From Oculina patagonica (Eukaryota): 64,000 nt of DNA. Shown piece by piece: positions 57,701-64,000 of the stretch. A model generated the notes under the pieces. The model saw nothing but the letters and a program-made list of their open reading frames with translations, ran no database searches and was not told the origin of the DNA. The translations under genes were made by a program, and so were the position numbers. The stretch lies in the NCBI RefSeq assembly GCF_052425735.1, contig NC_135766.1, positions 19,778,001 through 19,842,000 on the forward strand, given 5' to 3'. How positions within the stretch are numbered: the first letter of the stretch is position 1; each line of letters opens with the position of its first letter.

Positions 57701-60700
57701 AAATGAATTGATTTTATACTTGGCTTTATGTTGATATTGAAAAATAAGTGTAATGACTCAAATTTTCAAAGCTGTAAGGTGAAATATATCAGGCTCGTAC
57801 TTACTCTATGACAATGTCTTTATCGACAACTTTATTCGTTTTTGGATCAACTGCATGAAATAGCACCGCTGTCCTTTAATGGAAAAAAAAAAGAACACAT
57901 TTTAACATAAATTTCTCCTAGGTAGCCTATCATTTATTTGGCAACGTTCGTGTCATGTTTTATAAATTTTAAACGTACAAAAATTAACTTGTGCCAGGTT
58001 GAGCTCTTCCTTAATTTAGTAGTTGATTTAATACCTCGTTTGACTGTTATTGTTACTTTTTCTACTCTTTATACAATCTCCTTCTCCTTATGCCAAAAAT
58101 CCTGTTATTTTCTATGCTTACCTATCATAATCATATTTTCCATTTTCATCTTTGTAGTAATTTATGTCATCTATGTTAATTATATAGCCGGTGATATTCT
58201 CCAATACTCTACAGAATAAAACAAAGCAAGACGAAACGCCAAATTAGTAAAAATGTCTTCATGTCGAAGCATGATCAGGCCCTAAACGAAAGCGAAATCT
58301 GCAACAGGTAAAGTCCAGAAATTGTTAACTTCTTGCCAATAAATAGCACGGGGTTAAAAAGAGGGGGAGGAACTGAAATTGATATGTTATATGGGGAGGT
58401 TCCACCCAGAGATCCAAACACTTTCCCTTTTATAAACCTTGTTTGACAGAAAAAGTAACCGTTTCACATACCCACAGTAGGGATAAGGCATTTAATAACC
58501 CGTTAAAACTCCTCAGCAAATGGTATCTAGAGTGTATACTAGTACTGAGAAAAAGACGGGAAAAGTCGTTTACCTTTTTAGATCCTCTTGATTTTCCCGA
58601 ACAAATCCAGGAGATCTTCCTGAGATAATGACAGCTCGCTGAATATCCGTCAGCACGTAGATCTACAAGGTAAATGAACAAAAATGTCGAAAAATTAATA
58701 GCCAAATTGGATGGTTGCCAATAAATTGAAAAACAACAAAAAAGCATTTCCAATAAAAAGCATCTCGTAAAGAAGGCTTTAAATGAGGATTGAAAAATTA
58801 ATGTAAATTTGTACCACTGAGCGAAAGATTAAAATTAAAAGTTAGATTAATTTGACAAAACCGGTACAACGAAGCTTAAGTCTAGTTTACACGAGCAATT
58901 TTTATGTGACAATTTTTTATGTGACAACTTTTATTTGCTCGTGTAGACGAGGAAAATTGGCCAATTTTTATGTGACAAACATATTTGTTTACAAGTTGGC
59001 GTGTTAGCTTTTATGTGACAAATAAAAGTTGTCACATACGAAAATTGCTTGTGTAGACGACTCGTCACATATAAAAATGTGGCAAATATTGCGTCAGCAT
59101 ATGTGGTTCCCAATCTCCCAATCACCCACTGGGCACTGTGCACGCGTATCTCTGCTGTCCTGGGTCATCACTGGCGCTCTAATTTTTCAACTGCTGACAA
59201 ATATTTGGTGTGTCATATACACGATCTAATATATTGGTCACAAAAAAATTGTCACATAAAAATTGCCCATGTAAACCCGGCTTAAAAGTATCCTTATAGT
59301 AGAAATGAAGAGAGCAAAAAAGCGTAAATAAGAAGCTCCAGGAAATACTTGCCTTAACTTCTGCAGTATCGTTAAAATACGGCTCTTCTCCAAAGTTATC
59401 CTTCGCAATGACGTCAATAACAAACTCCTTCCCAAACTTCCCCGCGTATGAAGACTTTGCTTTGATCCACCCAGTCTCTCGGTCTATGCTAAACTCGTTG
59501 CTATCTTTGGTTTGCAAAAGCTCGTATGAAATACGGCTGTTATTGCCTTCGTCGGAATCTTTAGCCTAAAGTATTGTATAATATAATTCAGAATTAAGAG
59601 TGTCTTGCTAAACCAATGTATTGTACAAGGGAGGTGACCTTGATACCGAGAGATCAGATACCTGTGTGTGACCATTCAAATGAAAGCTACTGAACAATAC
59701 TTTCACCTGGTGTGTGTTCTTTGATTGCAATTGTATTTTATGGTGACACGTTAATAACGATTTTGTGACACTTACGAAAACTTGAATTATGTTACTTCCA
59801 TGCTTTGCGTCCTCGGAGACACCTAGGGCACAAAAAAGATAAATAAAATAGCTAATGGGGTACAAAATATACTGGACTTATTGGTTGGCAACGTCTTGTT
59901 TTACAGTGCGATAATACAGGGCATTTTTGTCTCAATCTACGATTTCCCCTTCACATTTGTAAAAATAAAACAAACCAAAACTCGCTCAAATCAAAAACTG
60001 GACTTAATGTTATCAGGTTTTGAGTCTGAGAGCTATTTTTCGTTTTTGAATAGAAATAACTCAGCGCTTCTCTTAGCAGTTAGAACTTTACAAATTTAAA
60101 ACTTAACAAAGCTGTACTGATGTTTTGTCGCCCGTGCGGTCAAGTCTTGTCAAGAAAGGAAGAAAGCACTGTTTCAGTAACGGCGACAAAAATGCAGGGC
60201 GCCGCAGAATTTCACATTGCTCGTACAAAACGGGGAAGGCAAATATATTATAGAAATAAAAAATTAAGTCACCTCCTGTGTAGAGCTTCTTGGTAAAAAG
60301 AGGACCATTGTCGTTTTGGTCAGCAATGTTTACAATCACCAGCTGCACTCCAAGATCATCTATTAAAGAAAATTGATGTAATTTATGATTTATTTTGATG
60401 TTAGAAAACTCTGATAAAAAGAATAGCACAGAGTACCCGATCAAATACCTTGTTGTATATTTCGCAAAAGTGGGGTGAAAAAGCTAAGTGAAAAGATGGG
60501 TTAGTCTTAAAAATTGCCTATCCCCCGGGTAATGCTATAACAAACTATCGCTTAGTTTGGGAGACCTTAAAAAATGTTAATCAGAAGCTCAAGGTTTAAA
60601 TAAGGACGATGGAATTAAAGCTTTAATTTTTGTAATAAGAAAAGAGCAGTTTACTACTAGTTGCAAAAAATTTAGACAAGAAATAAAACACAACATGACG

Positions 60701-61844
60701 TCACGACCATAATAACATTGACAGGTGGCTGGCCAATCAACGGCGATAAATATAATAAATTAAAAAATCAAGTGCACAAAACACGATGCCACTTAAAAAG
60801 TAACGAAAAACAGGATTGATAAATCTGGTTTACCCGGTAACGGCGCTTGTGTTGTGTTAGTCTCATTTGAACCAACAGCCTGGACTGCTCGTTTGTTTCT
60901 TGGCTGTAAAGAGACTGGGTCGAGCTACAAGCAAAACAGAAGATAGTTTGAGTTCAAACGCATTAGGTTGGAAATTAAGAGCAATTGAAAACGCAATTTT
61001 ATCAATAACGAATTTTTATAAACAATTCAGTTAAAGCTAACGAACCTTAACGTTCGACGATTTTATGTACAGGAAGAACTGTGCACTGGTCTCTCGGTCC
61101 TGTTGAAACACAATAAATGTGTGATTAAGTTGTTAATACATGAAAATTGTAATAGCTACCCTGTAGCAAGACAAAACAACAGCACTGTAGGCATCTCATT
61201 CACTTTCACATTCATGATCATAACATAAGCTTTAAGGTTAAAAAGTGTCCGTCTGCTCGTTTAAAGCCAAGACATTTTTNNNNNNNNNNNNNNNNNNNNN
61301 NNNNNNNNNNNNNNNNNNNNNNNNNNNNNNNNNNNNNNNNNNNNNNNNNNNNNNNNNNNNNNNNNNNNNNNNNNNNNNNNNNNNNNNNNNNNNNNNNNNN
61401 NNNNNNNNNNNNNNNNNNNNNNNNNNNNNNNNNNNNNNNNNNNNNNNNNNNNNNNNNNNNNNNNNNNNNNNNNNNNNNNNNNNNNNNNNNNNNNNNNNNN
61501 NNNNNGTCGGTCGGTCGGTCTGTTCAGTGACGCAATTCATTGGAATCGATATAAATTGCACTAATATTTCGTTACGTAGCCACGCCGGACTATTGCTTGT
61601 CTCCACCGATCGCAGTTACTGATGAGATGGCGAGAATTATGGTATGTTTTCAAGGGACTGTTAACTAAAGAAGTTTGCTAGTGTTCACATGAAACCAGCT
61701 TAAAAACCGAAAACTAGCTGACGGTGGATAATTTTGTTGAAAGCAGCAGACAGATAGACAGACAGCCAAGACAAATATACAGGCAGACAGACAGCAGACA
61801 GACGGACGGACGGACAGTCAGAAGGACAGAACGACAGACAGACC

Positions 61845-61894
<50 letters not shown>

Positions 61895-62927
61895 GGACGG
61901 ACAGAGGGACAGACGGACGAACAAACTAAAGAAATTTTGAACATTTTCCCCAATACTTACTACAGGACGAGTAGTGGTCAACATTCCAGTTGTCTCATTT
62001 AAGTTGAACATGTTTCCAGTATTTCCACCTACAAAGGGAACAGTCAATGTGTCACTTTTTTTGCCAAATTAAAGCAAAACTTTCCTTCCCTAAAAACCAG
62101 TGTCAAAAGCTAAAATGACCTCCTCCCAGTCCAGAAAGAGTAATTAAACGTTAAAAAACATGCCCACTTTGAAAAAAAGAAACAACAACAGCGAAAACCA
62201 TCAAAAAGAACTCCCCATTCGCAAATTGTAAAATACAGCGACCTATGATAAATTTGCGTAAACTATTCAATTGAGTTACAAGAAGCGATCACTTATCTCG
62301 TTAAACGCGTATTGCGACCATGAGATTGGAGAAAAAGAATTAAAATCAAGCTGTAATGTCATTAAAGATTCTTATTTACTTTGTATATAATAATATATAG
62401 GTCCAGCCTGATCGGCATCGTAAGCTGCTATTGTTCCAACTTCAGCACCAGCTGGGAGGTTCTCACCAACTGATAACGAAACTTGACGCTGAAATCAAAT
62501 CGTGAAAAGAAAATCGTTATTTTGTACTGTTATTGTGTACGCTTAACATTATTGTAAACTTCCTTTCTGGCTATTGCGCGACGTACAAATAATTCCTTAA
62601 CTATGGGAGAGTAGGAATTAATAGGATTACTGACGTTATTTAAAAATTTGCACTACTTGCATTTTCATAAGATTGAAAGAGGTTTCGGTCATTCCAAAGC
62701 CTTGAGTTTTAAGAAGGCTTCTTGTTGTTACAGGTGATTTGAAGAAGTTGCTTTAAGTTTTCAAATGAATTCTAAACATTCAACCATATCTTACTTAGAT
62801 TAGCCCAGGCAAAGTGACGCACCTTGTTAAAAACAGGGACATTGTCGTTAAGGTTCTCCAAGGCAATAGTTATTGTCTTCTCGCTTGACAACGGAGGACT
62901 TCCAAGATCTTGAGCTTTTATAGCAAG
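51717..62927 (-). CDS. CDH23: Cadherin-23-like protein (5'-partial): last EC repeats, membrane-adjacent domain, TM and cytoplasmic tail
   Basis: Exons (minus): 62927-62823, 62488-62380, 62028-61961, 61099-61046, 60924-60834, 60359-60273, 59822-59776, 59565-59353 (GC donor), 58662-58574, 58208-58122, 57873-57805, 57678-57612, 57181-57057 (TM), 56502-56459, 55629-55557, 54706-54641, 53824-53752, 51887-51717; phases consistent. Cadherin motifs LNDNVP, DRE, DQNDNGP; CDH23-like FTKKLYTGGVSEDAK, LENITG, RKLRAA, PTTNMHISEGSNPIW; ends VTSI*. The last exon is less certain. Confidence 0.88.
58878..59284. mobile_element. MITE with TTTATGTGACAA subterminal repeats
   Basis: taagtctagtttacacgagcaattttt / aaaaattgcccatgtaaacccggctta. 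Confidence 0.7.
61280..61505. other. Assembly gap (N run)
   Basis: 226 N, inside a cadherin intron. Confidence 1.
61745..61921 (+). repeat. (GACA)n/(GACG)n microsatellite
   Basis: Direct reading. Confidence 0.92.
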
Positions 62928-63178
62928 CTGCAGTGAAAAGAGATCTTAAAATTTTAATAGGTGATTGCTACGATAAATAGCAGGAATTTCCTAACACTTA
63001 ATTATTCAACACTGCCATGTTCAGTTCACATATATCCGTGTGAAGTTGTTATAGGGGCACTACGAGCATGACTTCGAAAGGCAAAAGCCAAAAGACATAT
63101 TTACATTAATAGAACAACAACAACAACAACTTTATTTTTACCATAAAACAAATAAAATTTACAAAACTAGGAGAATAA

Positions 63179-63927
63179 GGGTGCGTTTCTTTGGGAAAAT
63201 CTAAAATTGGATCATTGATCTCAGATCACATGGATACTTTGCTCCCAAAAAAAGAAGAATCCGAAAACGGATTTTTTGCCATGACAACCCCGTAAACACA
63301 TTTCGCACAGAACATAAAATATCAGCACAAATTTATTGTTCGTCGAATGTATCCTAGCTAAAATAATTTAAGCATACAAAATCTTTTACAAAAACCACAC
63401 GTCGAAGTAGATCTTCTTTAGCGTTAAGCACAATGTGGCGAGAAAGCATCTGAGCGCGAAGAATGATTGCGAAATGATCAGTGCAAATTTCACTCGTGAC
63501 AATTTCAAAAGAATACAACTTCCGTAGGCACACAGTGGCTGTTCTAGAAAACCTTTATCCCGTTTAAAATGATACTACATACCTATCTGAAGCTACCGTT
63601 TCCTTTTATCGTGAAATATTTTTGTTTTTTGATCGAAATAACCGCCTAAAACTTTCCGTATGGCAGTGTTTACAAAGAGCGAACCTGTATTTTCACAGCA
63701 AAGACCGCTGGGCCAAGGTACTATTTTCGAATCCTTTCCCAAAGAAACGCACGGATCATGAATCCTAAAAATCCGGATTCAGATATGATCTGATGTATCC
63801 ACTCGAAGTGTGGATTCTTCAGATCATTGATCCAAGATTAATCCATTTTCGGATATAGGTAAAGAAACGCAAAATCCGTTTTTGGATCAAGAATCCGGAT
63901 TTGGATTTTTCCCAAAGAAACGCACCC
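63179..63927. mobile_element. PIF/Harbinger-type MITE
   Basis: TAA|gggtgcgtttctttgggaaaa ... ttttcccaaagaaacgcaccc|TAA. Confidence 0.9.
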
Positions 63928-64000
63928 TAAAATAACATGAGTACATGGCTGCACAAAGTAACCACCATTGGCTAATGAGAAACTGGGCAGCCATTGGCTG

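Noticed and set aside
61238-62002. ORFs spanning the N gap and the (GACA)n tract (also 28961-29312)
   Set aside because: Artefacts of Ns and microsatellite.

Overview
AT-rich, intron-rich animal genomic DNA; gene content and repeat types suggest a cnidarian, probably a stony coral (inference). I read all exons by eye from splice sites and reading phase. Gene order: 3' half of a ZnT/SLC30A2-like zinc transporter (+, 271-3775); SNRNP48 (U11/U12 48K; -, 14400 to 5045), which unexpectedly carries an internal PWI-like domain; NKAIN (+, 14562-21261), head-to-head with SNRNP48; three paralogous class A GPCRs with intronless CDSs and an atypical DRY-to-SQF motif (26657-27697 -, 39107-40162 -, 47353-48426 +); and the 3' part of a CDH23-like cadherin (-, 62927 to 51717) with a furin-type site in its ectodomain. 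A ~10-13 kb tandem duplication (about 20872-30830 and 31494-44700) copies the NKAIN last exon/3'UTR and one GPCR. Empty sites in one copy confirm several insertions in the other. Mobile DNA is abundant: a Penelope-like inverted repeat with minimal hammerhead ribozymes, a GIY-YIG relic, a decayed Tx1/L1 ORF1, a tRNA-SINE, many MITEs (several nested) and tiny palindromic elements with 9-bp TSDs. There are two assembly gaps. Most short ORFs in the supplied track are spurious.
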